A stretch of 64,000 nt of DNA from Candidatus Undinarchaeota archaeon (GCA_964519305.1 CAZFHY010000001.1:314132-378131); one strand, 5' to 3'. Positions 9,586 to 19,855 are shown, counted from the first letter of the stretch. Notes: generated from the letters alone by a model not told the origin. Numbers and translations: made by a program.

Positions 9586-10724
9586 TGGAGCCCGAAGTGC
9601 TCGTTGTGGGTGCCGGCCCCGGCGGATGCGCTACCGGCCGTGCTCTGGCGGAGGCGGGATTGCGCGTCACCGTCGTCGAGGAACATCCGCGTGGTCACCA
9701 CAAGGCTTGCGGCGAGGGCGTGCTGGCCACCACCTTCAGGTCCCAGGGTTTCGAGCCGGGAGCACCTTATGTCATGGGCGCGGTCGACCGGTTCTCGGTG
9801 ACCGTGCACGGCTCCCGCGTCTATGATAGAAGGTACCCGGACGCCCTGGGCTATACGGTGGACCGCTCTATGTTCGATGCCCACATGGCGGACGAGGCCG
9901 AGGATGCAGGGGCGAAGGTCGAGTTCGGTACATCGGCCGGCGGATTCGACGCTACCAACGGCGTTATCGACCGCATCGCCCTCCGCAGCTCATCAGGGAA
10001 CACGCGCACGGTCCGGCCGAAGATAGTGGTAGGTGCCGACGGCGTTGCTTCCCGCGTAGGCCGTGCTGTCGGGCTCGCCAGCCCGTTGCCGCCCAGCGAT
10101 CTGGCCCCGTGCGTCCAGACCGTGGTGCACGGACCGGTCGACGAAGGCCACTCGCGCATCGTGCTCGGCGACTTCGCTCCAGGAGGGTATGCCTGGTCGT
10201 TCGCCCGCGGTCCCCAATGTGCCAATGTGGGCGTGGGCGTCGATACCGAGTACGCCCACAATCTCAGCGGATACCTCGATTCGTTCCTCGCATCGCAGGA
10301 CGACCTTTCGGCGTGCACGAAGGGCGAGCTACGCTTCCTACCCGTGCCCTGCGGCGGGCTCGTCCCACGTCTTGCGGGCGGGAACACGGTGCTGGTGGGC
10401 GATGCAGCTCGTCAGAACGATCCCGTGAGCGCCGGAGGGATCCTCCAGGCCGTGGACGCAGGACGAATGGCTGCAGGGACCATCGCGGACGCCGTGTCCG
10501 CAGAGGACCTCGGGCTGCTTGAGCTCTACGACCGTGCATGGCGCAAGGTGCACGGTGGCAGATACTCATTCTCCCTACGCTTGAAGGAGGCCGCTCGCCG
10601 CCTACCACTGCGCCTGCTCGCCCCTGCGGCGAAGGCGGCCTTCACGCTGGTGAAAGGCGACGTGTTCTCGATCGGACGCGATGATGAGGAACGTATGAGC
10701 AAGGCCCTGGGCCGGTTCGGGTAG
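9585..10724 (+). CDS. Geranylgeranyl reductase family flavoprotein
   Basis: VVGAGPGG, CGEG, DRSMFD, GADG, PGGYAWSF, LVGDAA, GGI; TGATG coupling to rnhC. Confidence 0.88.
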   Translation: MEPEVLVVGAGPGGCATGRALAEAGLRVTVVEEHPRGHHKACGEGVLATTFRSQGFEPGAPYVMGAVDRFSVTVHGSRVYDRRYPDALGYTVDRSMFDAHMADEAEDAGAKVEFGTSAGGFDATNGVIDRIALRSSSGNTRTVRPKIVVGADGVASRVGRAVGLASPLPPSDLAPCVQTVVHGPVDEGHSRIVLGDFAPGGYAWSFARGPQCANVGVGVDTEYAHNLSGYLDSFLASQDDLSACTKGELRFLPVPCGGLVPRLAGGNTVLVGDAARQNDPVSAGGILQAVDAGRMAAGTIADAVSAEDLGLLELYDRAWRKVHGGRYSFSLRLKEAARRLPLRLLAPAAKAAFTLVKGDVFSIGRDDEERMSKALGRFG

Positions 10725-10727
10725 CAC

Positions 10728-11114
10728 CTAGAATGATCCTTGGTCCCAGCCCTTCTCCTCGATGCGGGCCGATATGAAATCTGCCAGACGCTCGAGGAAC
10801 GGTCGGTCGACCACCAGCGACGTCTTGATCCTGTCCCCGTGGAAGCTGAGCACCGGACCTCCTAGCTCAGGATCGTCGAACAGTTCCAGCAGGGGTCGCG
10901 TGTGCATCGAGGCCTGTATGCTCCCCGTGTCCAGGAACGCACGCACCTTGGTCACCAGATCACAGGCCAGGTCCCGATCCAGTTCCACTCTGATTGCTGC
11001 CAGCCCGGGCGGTGATATGACCAGCCCGATCAGGTCCGGACGTGCCCTGGACGATACCCTTGATACGGCAAGCGATATCCCTGACACAGGACCATCGTCG
11101 GGTGTGCCTGTCAT
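10728..11114 (-). CDS. Hypothetical protein
   Basis: Open frame downstream of larC; start at 11114 is inferred. Confidence 0.5.
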   Translation of the reverse strand: MTGTPDDGPVSGISLAVSRVSSRARPDLIGLVISPPGLAAIRVELDRDLACDLVTKVRAFLDTGSIQASMHTRPLLELFDDPELGGPVLSFHGDRIKTSLVVDRPFLERLADFISARIEEKGWDQGSF

Positions 11115-11145
11115 GAGCGGATGATGACCGGTAATCCGTATAAGG

Positions 11146-11898
11146 CTATCGGGAGACGGGACGTCCAAGCTCGAGGCGCACCACGTTCGGCCATGGGAGC
11201 TCACGTGAGCCTATACCGATACCTGTCGTATCCACAGTCAGCTCCGGGTGGGAGAATGTCGCGATCTCGGCGAGCAAGGCTGCACCTGTCGGTGTGAGAA
11301 GCTCGGTGTCAGCATCCGGACGACGTCGGTACGACAGTCCGGCCTCCTCCAGCACGTTCCTTGTAGCGGGAGCTGGCACGGGAAGCACACCGTGAGCGCA
11401 GCGGACGGTCCCCGAACCCACGACGAGCGGGGAAGCAAAGAGACGGTCCACTCCAAGTAGCTCGAGCCCCAGCACGAACCCGACGGTGTCCACGATGGAG
11501 TCGACGGCCCCGATCTCATGGAACCTGACCTCAGATATGTCCGTGCCATGTGCCCTCGCTTCGGCACGCGCAAGCCTCCTGAACACCGCGATGCTCCGTG
11601 CCTTGACCTTGACCGACAGATCGCTCGCTCCTATGAGGTCCTCGATATCGTCCAGACATCGGTGCGGGGGATCATGCAGGTCCACCACCACGTCCAGAAA
11701 GGTGCCCTCGACACCCCGGCTCCTCCGTCTCTCTACAGTGATCTTCCAGCCGTCCACACCGAGCGTGGCCATGCCATCGTTCCAACTGACAAGATCGAGC
11801 CCGGCATCGGCGAGTGCGCCCAGGAGCATGTTGCCGCTAGCTCCGGAGGATATGTTCACATAGGCGACACGGTCCGATGACGTATGCGAAGAGGCCAT
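11146..11898 (-). CDS. larC: LarC-family nickel insertion protein (N-terminal LarC1 half only)
   Basis: SGASGNMLLGAL, FHEIGAVDSIVD, CAHGVLPVPAPAT, ELLTPTGAA, PNVVR. Confidence 0.85.
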   Translation of the reverse strand: MASSHTSSDRVAYVNISSGASGNMLLGALADAGLDLVSWNDGMATLGVDGWKITVERRRSRGVEGTFLDVVVDLHDPPHRCLDDIEDLIGASDLSVKVKARSIAVFRRLARAEARAHGTDISEVRFHEIGAVDSIVDTVGFVLGLELLGVDRLFASPLVVGSGTVRCAHGVLPVPAPATRNVLEEAGLSYRRRPDADTELLTPTGAALLAEIATFSHPELTVDTTGIGIGSRELPWPNVVRLELGRPVSR

Positions 11899-12009
11899 CA
11901 ACGTCGGTCCCTTTCCGGCTGTTGTATAAAAATGTATCAGTGGGGCTACTGCGACCATAAACCGGTACGCAATAATACCAGTAGATTAGCTGGTCACTAC
12001 GCCTGTCAA

Positions 12010-12690
12010 TCACCCGGCCATCAGAGCCGGCACGATCCGGTTCAGGCCATGGGCGGCCCAAGGTCCTGCGAGGTTACCGGTCCGGTGGGCGATGAGCGCC
12101 AAGAGCACACCCTGTACCGCCGTCACCAGGAGGAACGGCTGGCCGAAGTGCTGGGGGTGGGCCGCGATGAAGGTGGCCGTGGACACCAGGAAGGCGCGAC
12201 GCCACGAGGTCCTTCCAGCGAGCCATACCATGAGAACGCCCCGGAAGTAGAACTCCTCGGTGAACGCCTCGAGGAACATGAGCACGTGCCACAGAGCGTC
12301 GGGCGCGGGACGGGGTGTCGACGTCAGATGCACAAGCACTAGCGTGACCAGAGCGGCTATACATCCGAACACGAGGCTCTCTCGCAATCCTGCGCGTCCG
12401 ACACCGGTGGTCTTTGCGAGCTCACGCACGCCAACGCCCTCGATTATGTACAGCGCTCCTGCGGGAAGGAGCACGAACACGAGCATCTTTCCCAGGACGT
12501 ACCCGGCCGTGCCGTAACCGGCCGACAGGCCGCCCACAACGGGGTAGGCCAGCATCATAGCGGCACCGCACAGCAGAAGCCAGGCGGCAGTCCTCATCTC
12601 GCGCTCGTCACGAAGGACGTTGTAGAGGAGCAGAAGGACGAGAGGTCCCGGAAGAAAGGCCAGTGGATTGTCAGGCAGTAGCAGGGCCAT
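12010..12690 (-). CDS. CPBP (CAAX/Abi) intramembrane glutamic protease
   Basis: EEFYFRG, FIAAH, AHGLNR motifs; multiple TM segments. Confidence 0.85.
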   Translation of the reverse strand: MALLLPDNPLAFLPGPLVLLLLYNVLRDEREMRTAAWLLLCGAAMMLAYPVVGGLSAGYGTAGYVLGKMLVFVLLPAGALYIIEGVGVRELAKTTGVGRAGLRESLVFGCIAALVTLVLVHLTSTPRPAPDALWHVLMFLEAFTEEFYFRGVLMVWLAGRTSWRRAFLVSTATFIAAHPQHFGQPFLLVTAVQGVLLALIAHRTGNLAGPWAAHGLNRIVPALMAG

Positions 12691-12702
12691 GTGACGGCAC
12701 CG

Positions 12703-13776
12703 TTACGACCGGGCGCCGATCGCGTCCCGATAGAGCTGGTGAACGTTCCTGGCGACCTCGGCCGCCTCCGTGTCGTCCAGACCATCGACTGTGATGCTCA
12801 TGGTGCCGTTCTTGACGGAAACGCCCGCCTCCCAGCTGTCGGTCGAGAAGCCCATGGTGAGGCTGGCCATCCGGCCCTGGGCGTCGAGGAGGTAGCTCTG
12901 ACTGATGTCGAGCTCGAGGGCGGATGCTTCGGCCACCCGCGTATCCTTCGCGTGCTGCTCGGCCTTCACGAACCCATCGCTGTAGGCTGCCATCTTGGCG
13001 GCCGTGGCCTTCTGCTCGACAATATCTGAGTGACCCCCGGCAGCGAGTATGGCCGCGGCCATGGGATCGAGTGTGTTGTAATCAGCAGGATCGACTGTGA
13101 TGCCCTGAGCTGAGAGCTCTGCTGCGAGAAGGGACTCGACGTCGTCGTAACCGTCCTTGGGAAGGTAGAGACCACCCTCGGTGGTCGTCCCCGCGGCAGG
13201 CCCGTAGGTGATATCCGTGGTCGTACCCTCCAGGTCATCGCCACGCCACCCTGTGTAGGTGGGAGCGCTCTCCCAGATGTTCACCTCGGTAGCGGCGGTC
13301 GTCTTGCGGTCGACCTTCTCCATTGCGGCTGCGAGCATCCGGGACCTTGCCGCCTCCCGGCGGTCCTGGACATAGTCGCCGTTGCCCTCCTTGGTCCACT
13401 GGTCGGCGAGGAGCGGGTTGATGTCACCGTAGTCCTGGAGGTTCGTGCTCACTCCGCTCTCCTTCACTATGTCCTTGAGGTATGCGTCGACGTCGCCGTC
13501 ATAGGTGAGGATGCCGCCCTCAGTAGTCCCGATCTTCGGGTCCTCGGCGGTCTGTGCGGGAAGGTCGAGGAGGTAACCCGTGGAGGCGCGCTCCTTGGCC
13601 TTCTCAGCGAGGGTATCGAGGTCGGTCTCGTACCCGGTGGGGAGGATGAGCCCTGACGAGGTCTCGGTGAACGCCTGCGGCTCGGAGCCATACGCGAGCT
13701 TGAGCTCGCGAGTCAGCCCAGTGTAGCCGTCCTCGGTGAGGAGGCCGTCCACAGGAAGATCGATCGTGTAGGTCAC
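12703..13776 (-). CDS. Acidic hypothetical protein with internal repeats
   Basis: 357-aa ORF coupled to the upstream gene (GTGA overlap); repeated (T/S)(S/E)(S/G)G(L/I)(I/L/Y) modules. Confidence 0.7.
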   Translation of the reverse strand: MTYTIDLPVDGLLTEDGYTGLTRELKLAYGSEPQAFTETSSGLILPTGYETDLDTLAEKAKERASTGYLLDLPAQTAEDPKIGTTEGGILTYDGDVDAYLKDIVKESGVSTNLQDYGDINPLLADQWTKEGNGDYVQDRREAARSRMLAAAMEKVDRKTTAATEVNIWESAPTYTGWRGDDLEGTTTDITYGPAAGTTTEGGLYLPKDGYDDVESLLAAELSAQGITVDPADYNTLDPMAAAILAAGGHSDIVEQKATAAKMAAYSDGFVKAEQHAKDTRVAEASALELDISQSYLLDAQGRMASLTMGFSTDSWEAGVSVKNGTMSITVDGLDDTEAAEVARNVHQLYRDAIGARS

Positions 13777-14543
13777 TGGACCTCACCCCCGAGGCCTTTC
13801 TCGGCCACGTCGCGTAGGGTCCGGCCCTTGTCAGAAAGCTCGCGGCACACGTCCACGAAGCCCTCGGAGTAGTAGCCCTGCTTGGAGAGCACCTCGCGGT
13901 TGCGCTCACCGATCACCGAACTGAACTGCTTTGCCCAGTCGAGCTGGCTCTGGATGAACTCCCGGTTGTGGTCGGGGAGGTCGAATGGGAGCGAGACCTC
14001 GTCCAGTGAGTAGGAAGAGAGCTTACCGGTGAGGTTGGCGGCCACCAGATGATGGGCCACCCAGTTGCTGACGTAGTTGAACGTCTCCTGTTCGGGCTGT
14101 GACTTGAGGAGGGCCTGGTACGCCCCCACTTCCGCCACTCCCTCGACCATCGCCTCTTTCGCGGATGCGAGGTCGGAGTGGAGCTGGTCGTGGAGCGCGT
14201 GGATGGACTCGTGGATGATTAGCTCGTCGGCCCGCAGGTGACCGGGTGAGTCCATGATGCAGTACTGCCTGCCCCTGAACCGTGACCCTGCCTTGTAGAG
14301 CGCCAGGTCGGTGCGTGCGATGTTGAGGTGCGAGCAGTCCTCGCCGTCCTCGTAATGGGCCTTCTGGTAGACCGTATGATCGGATTGTGTGTCGAGGGAC
14401 AGGTCGATCTGCTCGCCCTTGTACCCAAGGGCGTCCTCTGCCAGCGCCCAGGCCTGGTCGTAGGCCGTGGTTAGGGCTGCACGCTCTTGTCCCTCAGGGA
14501 GGTCCTCCCTGAAGTCCAGGAACACATCATACCCGTCCATCAT
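13773..14543 (-). CDS. Putative gluzincin-type zinc metalloprotease
   Basis: IIHESIHALH followed by EGVAE; no signal peptide. Confidence 0.65.
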   Translation of the reverse strand: MMDGYDVFLDFREDLPEGQERAALTTAYDQAWALAEDALGYKGEQIDLSLDTQSDHTVYQKAHYEDGEDCSHLNIARTDLALYKAGSRFRGRQYCIMDSPGHLRADELIIHESIHALHDQLHSDLASAKEAMVEGVAEVGAYQALLKSQPEQETFNYVSNWVAHHLVAANLTGKLSSYSLDEVSLPFDLPDHNREFIQSQLDWAKQFSSVIGERNREVLSKQGYYSEGFVDVCRELSDKGRTLRDVAEKGLGGEVQ

Positions 14544-14629
14544 GCCTGTCGGCCCCCCCAGCCACTTATTAAGGTTGTCATTGGGGGGTAGTGAATGCCC
14601 CCCGTAAGAAGACGATCTTGGCCCCCGTG

Positions 14630-15577
14630 CTAGGTGAAATCGATTATCACGCCGTTATACCGGTCGGCCTTGGGAAGTGTGCCCACCAGACGGTCACGAT
14701 CGAACACCTTGACCCGATGGTCGTCCACGGTGACCTTGTTGCCCTTGGTGAAGATCCTGTGCTCTTTTCGGGGAGAGAGCACCTCGCACTGCTCGTACAG
14801 GACCGTTCCCCCCTTCACGGTGCCGTGAAGACGTATCCCCTTCCCGACACCGAAATACAGCACAGGGACCCGGAGGTTCTTCTCGATGGCACGGGCGTAC
14901 CCCTCATCCTCATTTCTAATGACAGCGAGAAGCCTGTCGGCGAACGCCACGGACCGGGCGCAGCTGAACGAGCAGGGATAGTGAGAGATCAGGGCGAATG
15001 GGACCGGCATCGAGAGGTCCAGGTACTGGGTGAGGAAGGAGGGCTTGCCCGGTGTGTTGCCATACGCAACTCGAGCGTAATCGCATTGAGCGTCCCGGCG
15101 TGCCTTCTGGAATGTCCTTATGCAACACGACGGGTACCCCAGAGCCCTGCCGAAATCGGCACACATCTCGTCGTTCAGTCCGCCCCCGAACCTGTTCATC
15201 ATGGGTGTATGGACCTCGTGGTCGATGTCCCGGGTCCTCTTTGAGATGTCCTCGTCCCGCGATACGTAAAAGTAGACCTCTTCCAAAGGTTGCCTTCGAA
15301 GGAGGCTGACCGCGTAGTCGAATGGATTGTCAGGATTGCGCACCCGGGCGAACTTCGAGTGATGGACCGAACAGTCCATCGAGCCGGCAAGCTCCCGCAT
15401 CTGTCCGAGCATCCTGAAGGGCCCCTGTATCCGAGTACACGGTTTTAGCCCGTGGGTGGCCGCGATGAACTCGTTTAGGCTGTTGTCATGTACGTAGCGG
15501 GGCTCGGTGAAGAACAGACCGTACCTTCTGATGAACTCCGGTGACAGGTGTTCTGTCTCGATCCTCATCGGCAGCAT
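14630..15577 (-). CDS. DUF483-like protein
   Basis: FGRALGYPSCCIRTF and HYPCSFSC motifs; start uncertain. Confidence 0.65.
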   Translation of the reverse strand: MLPMRIETEHLSPEFIRRYGLFFTEPRYVHDNSLNEFIAATHGLKPCTRIQGPFRMLGQMRELAGSMDCSVHHSKFARVRNPDNPFDYAVSLLRRQPLEEVYFYVSRDEDISKRTRDIDHEVHTPMMNRFGGGLNDEMCADFGRALGYPSCCIRTFQKARRDAQCDYARVAYGNTPGKPSFLTQYLDLSMPVPFALISHYPCSFSCARSVAFADRLLAVIRNEDEGYARAIEKNLRVPVLYFGVGKGIRLHGTVKGGTVLYEQCEVLSPRKEHRIFTKGNKVTVDDHRVKVFDRDRLVGTLPKADRYNGVIIDFT

Positions 15578-15674
15578 ATGGATGCCCTCCGGTCTATAAA
15601 AAGATACATATCCGGGGCGGGAATACCATCCCAAGGGAAAAGACTATATACGCAGGTTCACGGCCCGAGGGGCC

Positions 15675-16640
15675 GTGGCCATCGAGACCGTCGTGGACCC
15701 GGGCATTGAGCATGGCACCTATCAGGACATGCTCGACCGTATCGATGGTTACGACGACGACGCGGTCCACGTGCGCACTATCGATAGTTACCTCGATGAC
15801 CGGTCCCTGGTGAGCAGCGCCGGTAATCCAATCTCGTACGTCGACCTCACCTATGCCGAGGATCCTGACAGCACAATCGTCATCACCGCTGGCCGACACT
15901 CGGACGAGCACGGTGGCCCTGAAGCCGCTGTAGAGCTCGTAGGACGCATCCTCGCCTCTCCCGGGATGCGGGAGTATCTAGAGCACGGGGAGATCACGAT
16001 CGTCCCTGCAGTCCACGTGGACGAGTACGCCAAGCCGGCGAATGACCGCACTTACAAGCTCGATCTGTACGGTCACTACGCTGTACCTATCCCCCCCTTG
16101 AGCCTTAGGGGTTGTGACGGGTGCCGCAACACAGGTCATGATTCCTATCGCGAGAAGGGTCTGGTTCCCGATTATGAAGGCAAGTTCTCCACCTTCGACC
16201 AGCGATTCGTCCTCGATGATGAGGCTGAACACGGGTATGTCCGACTTGATGACGAGATGATATCCAAGGAGGCGTACGCTGTCGCGCGGCTCCTGGAAGA
16301 GAAGAAGTCCTCACGCGACAAGGTGCTCTTCACCGCCGACCTCCACGAGACCGACCACAAAGGGTTCAACAACTGCACGATCTACTATAACGAGGATAAC
16401 GAGCATGTGGTCCGGGCCATCAGTGACCGTATACGCAAACGGTTCAACTGGAACGGTGTCAACGTCCTCAAGGACAAGTCCACCACGTTCTCCGGATTCT
16501 CCCATGCCCTCGGCATCGATGCCTACACCACCGAGGGCGCGCCCTATAAGTTCGATCGACGCCGGCCATTTTCTGCGCGCGTGGAGCAGCAGCTCATCGC
16601 TCTGGACGAGCTTCTGGACCACTACGTCGTGAAGGGATAA
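15675..16640 (+). CDS. M14-like zinc hydrolase, paralog 1
   Basis: ITAGRHSDE (HxxE), DLHE, YTTEG; TATA about 25 nt upstream of the GTG start. Confidence 0.75.
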   Translation: MAIETVVDPGIEHGTYQDMLDRIDGYDDDAVHVRTIDSYLDDRSLVSSAGNPISYVDLTYAEDPDSTIVITAGRHSDEHGGPEAAVELVGRILASPGMREYLEHGEITIVPAVHVDEYAKPANDRTYKLDLYGHYAVPIPPLSLRGCDGCRNTGHDSYREKGLVPDYEGKFSTFDQRFVLDDEAEHGYVRLDDEMISKEAYAVARLLEEKKSSRDKVLFTADLHETDHKGFNNCTIYYNEDNEHVVRAISDRIRKRFNWNGVNVLKDKSTTFSGFSHALGIDAYTTEGAPYKFDRRRPFSARVEQQLIALDELLDHYVVKG

Positions 16641-16966
16641 GGGTATTCTTTCGAATCGAATAGCTGCTATCAGATGTCAGTTCAAGATTATCTCTTCACC
16701 CGCGTTGATTCACGAAAAAGGAATTAGTGAGGAGGGCAGCCGGACGCCTCCCTCCTCAGGTGTAGGTGTATGGTCGGTTAAGTATGGGTTGGGTATATGG
16801 GGTATGGGTGCACGTGATGAGCTAGAACGAGTATCTTCGGCTTTTTCACCACCATGCAGTAGTAATATGGTGTTCCAAGTATAAAGGAAAATAGCACCAC
16901 TGCAGTGGTGCTCTTCTGTGACCCAAGGGCAAACCATATTAACGGACGACCCTGCCGCCCAGCACC

Positions 16967-17926
16967 GTGGCCATCGAGACGGGGGTGGACCGTGAGCTTG
17001 AGCATACGACCTACACCGATATGCTCGACCGGCTCCAGGGGTACGACGACCCCGCCGTCCACGTCCAGACCATCGACGGCTATCTCAATGACCCATCCCT
17101 TGTCAGTGACCAGGGGAAGCCCATCTCTTACGTGAACCTATCGTACACGGACTCACCCGATAGCACTATCGTAATCACAGCTGGTCGCCACTCCCCCGAG
17201 TACGGCGGTGCGGAAGCCGCCATGGAAGTGGTCGACCGGGTCCTCGCCTCTCCCGAGATGCAGGCCTACATGCAGCATGGTGAGGTCACCATCGTGCCCG
17301 TGGTCCATGTCGACGAGTATAGCAAGGCCGCGGACCAGCGGATGCCCGGGTTCAAGATGGTGGGCTACCACATCCCGCCCCCCGAGTCGTACAAGCGGTT
17401 CGACGCGTGCCGGAACTCCGGCCACGACTCCTACATCCGAGGGGACAGTCCCCCGGGCTGTAAGGACCGGATGACCCACTTCGACCAGATATTCGATCCG
17501 GAGAAGGACTCCGGCGGCTGGGGAGGCCCCCCTCATCGTGAGCATACCGCCATCACCCCTGAAGCCTATGCGGTCGCCCGCCTCCTGGAGGGCAAGAAGG
17601 AGCAGGGGAAGGTACTATTCGCCGCTGACCTACACGAGACCGATGCTGACGGGTTCGAGTACTGCACACTCGTTTTCGACAAGGAGCTCGTGCCTATCGC
17701 CGATGTCATGGACGAGCGGGTGAAAGAGCAGTACCCCACGAGCGGGACCCGGTTCATGGACGGCCTCAATACCTTCTCGGCCATGTGCATGGCCTTCGGG
17801 GTTGATGCCTACACCACCGAAGGCTCGCCCCGGGACGGGTGGCAGCGCAGGCCGCTGGCCGAGCGGGTGGAGCAGCAGCTACTGGCACTGGACGCGCTTC
17901 TCGACCATTACGTAGCCGAGAAGTAG
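16967..17926 (+). CDS. M14-like zinc hydrolase, paralog 2
   Basis: AGRHSPE, DLHE, YTTEG; clear paralogy to 15675. Confidence 0.75.
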   Translation: MAIETGVDRELEHTTYTDMLDRLQGYDDPAVHVQTIDGYLNDPSLVSDQGKPISYVNLSYTDSPDSTIVITAGRHSPEYGGAEAAMEVVDRVLASPEMQAYMQHGEVTIVPVVHVDEYSKAADQRMPGFKMVGYHIPPPESYKRFDACRNSGHDSYIRGDSPPGCKDRMTHFDQIFDPEKDSGGWGGPPHREHTAITPEAYAVARLLEGKKEQGKVLFAADLHETDADGFEYCTLVFDKELVPIADVMDERVKEQYPTSGTRFMDGLNTFSAMCMAFGVDAYTTEGSPRDGWQRRPLAERVEQQLLALDALLDHYVAEK

Positions 17927-17942
17927 GCGCTCAGGATCACGA

Positions 17943-19685
17943 TCACACCGGGAGCCCTATCCTCAGCTCGCGCCCTTCCTTTCTCACGGGGAGCTCGATG
18001 GTCCTCTTGCCACCGATCCTCAGGACGGCCATGCCCCGGGCCCTGTCGAGGAACAGCGCAGCGGTCTCCTCCCTGTCGTAGAGCTTGCGCACATCGGTGT
18101 AGATGCGTGATGGTCCCTCGCCCGTGCTGGCGAGAAGGTCCCGGGTCAGTCCGACGTTCGTCCTCAGCACCGCCCCTGCCTCGTCGAGCCGGATCTCCAC
18201 CCACTTCTCATCCGAGCTAAGGCGGATGGCCGCGCCGCCGTTGACCTTCTCCGCCTCCACTAGGTCGGCCCAGGCCATGTCCAGCTCCTCCTTGAGGAAG
18301 TCCTGGAGCGCCTCCTCACCACTGCCGGGGACCTGGTCCCAGCCGAACAGGAACCGCTCCGTCCTTAGATGGAACTCGACGGTCTTCCCGTCGCTGGTCC
18401 GGAGGGTGGCCCCGTTCTCGGCCTCGTTGATGGTGATCTGCACCCACTGCCCGTCCCTGACGCAGCGGATGGTCCTTCCGTCATCGCTCCTCTCTACCGG
18501 AGCTTCCTCTGCCCACTCCAGGTCGAGCGTGTCGACGCAGTACCTCTGCAGGGCCTCGCTCCCCACTCCGGGGATGCCCCCCAGGTCCATAACAGGATCA
18601 TTGCGTACCCGGATTACGTCCCCGTCCATGGCCTTCTCGATCTCTGACATCTCCGCCCATTCTATGCCTAGGAAGAGGTGGAGGTAGGTCTCCAGTCGCC
18701 CCTCGTCACCGTACGGAATCTTTTCCCATGTGAGTATGTAGCCCGCTTCGCTGATCTCGCGGTACAGTCTACGCTCCTTGCGCCAGTCGTGGACGGCGGC
18801 GACGCTCAGGAAGAAAGTGATGGCGATGCCGGGGATCCCGATGAACTCGAAGAGGAGGATGCTCCAGTACCACATCTCCTTGGGGATCTCATACGGCTCT
18901 TGCTCTACCTTGAGCCTGACGGTCCCGGGATACTCCTCGGGGAGGGGTTCTTCCACGTCGAGGATCTCGTAGTGGATCACGTAGCGGTTGCCAGAGGGCT
19001 CGATCATGTCGATGCCGCAGTACCGGTACTCCACCGAGAGCACCAAGTTGACTAGCCAGAGGTAGGCGTTCATGAGGGTGGTGGCCACGTAGTTCTGGAT
19101 GATAGGATCGTACTCCACCTCTGCCGATGCCACGGTAATGTTCGTCCCCTCGTCCACCACCTCCACGGCCACTGCAAGCTCGCTGACGTCCTCGCTCATC
19201 ACGAAGGAGCATGCGTACGTAGCTCCCGGTTCCAGTCCCACGGTGATGTTGTTCCCCTGCTGGTGCCCGCCCTCGTACACGACAACGTCGGCGATCGTGC
19301 CTTCAGCGTTCTCATATATGCCCGTCACCGTGAAGAGCCCTACAGTCAGGAGGAGACCTGTGGCGAAGAGAATGATCGCCATGAGCATCAACCAGTTCCA
19401 CTCGAGCCAGCCGGCACCCTCCTGCTCTTCCTCGGAGGCGTCGGGCTCAGCGTCATCCCGAGCGGGTTTGGGCACCACGCTCCCCAGAGCATCGTCCACC
19501 GCATCCTCGTCGTACCCTGTCTGCAGTAGGCGGTCCCGCAGCTCGTCCGCAGTGAAGCCCTGTTCCAGACATTGCCGGACGTACTGGTGGAGAGGTTCCT
19601 GCTCCTGGGAGGGATTCGCGGCGTTCCCGCTCTCCCCTAGCGATGTCGTGGCCTCTGAGCCGGATGGTCCTTCGTCAGATGACAT
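17943..19685 (-). CDS. Two-TM membrane protein with three copies of a C-terminal Trp-containing module
   Basis: Two hydrophobic spans; repeats of (W)xx(I/V)P..E.L..(Y/F)L...L...WA....E...DG..IR. Confidence 0.75.
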   Translation of the reverse strand: MSSDEGPSGSEATTSLGESGNAANPSQEQEPLHQYVRQCLEQGFTADELRDRLLQTGYDEDAVDDALGSVVPKPARDDAEPDASEEEQEGAGWLEWNWLMLMAIILFATGLLLTVGLFTVTGIYENAEGTIADVVVYEGGHQQGNNITVGLEPGATYACSFVMSEDVSELAVAVEVVDEGTNITVASAEVEYDPIIQNYVATTLMNAYLWLVNLVLSVEYRYCGIDMIEPSGNRYVIHYEILDVEEPLPEEYPGTVRLKVEQEPYEIPKEMWYWSILLFEFIGIPGIAITFFLSVAAVHDWRKERRLYREISEAGYILTWEKIPYGDEGRLETYLHLFLGIEWAEMSEIEKAMDGDVIRVRNDPVMDLGGIPGVGSEALQRYCVDTLDLEWAEEAPVERSDDGRTIRCVRDGQWVQITINEAENGATLRTSDGKTVEFHLRTERFLFGWDQVPGSGEEALQDFLKEELDMAWADLVEAEKVNGGAAIRLSSDEKWVEIRLDEAGAVLRTNVGLTRDLLASTGEGPSRIYTDVRKLYDREETAALFLDRARGMAVLRIGGKRTIELPVRKEGRELRIGLPV

Positions 19686-19855
19686 GTTCCATCCTCATAG
19701 TTCCGATCGTGAATCTCCTGACGGCACACTCCCGGCCCCGGGAGGATCCCTTTCCCGCTACTATAAAGGCAGTCTATCCTATAAAAGCCTGACACTTGGG
19801 CACCTCGACACCCGGGGGAAAAGCCTATAAACGGCCGGCCCGGCCGCGGACCACA

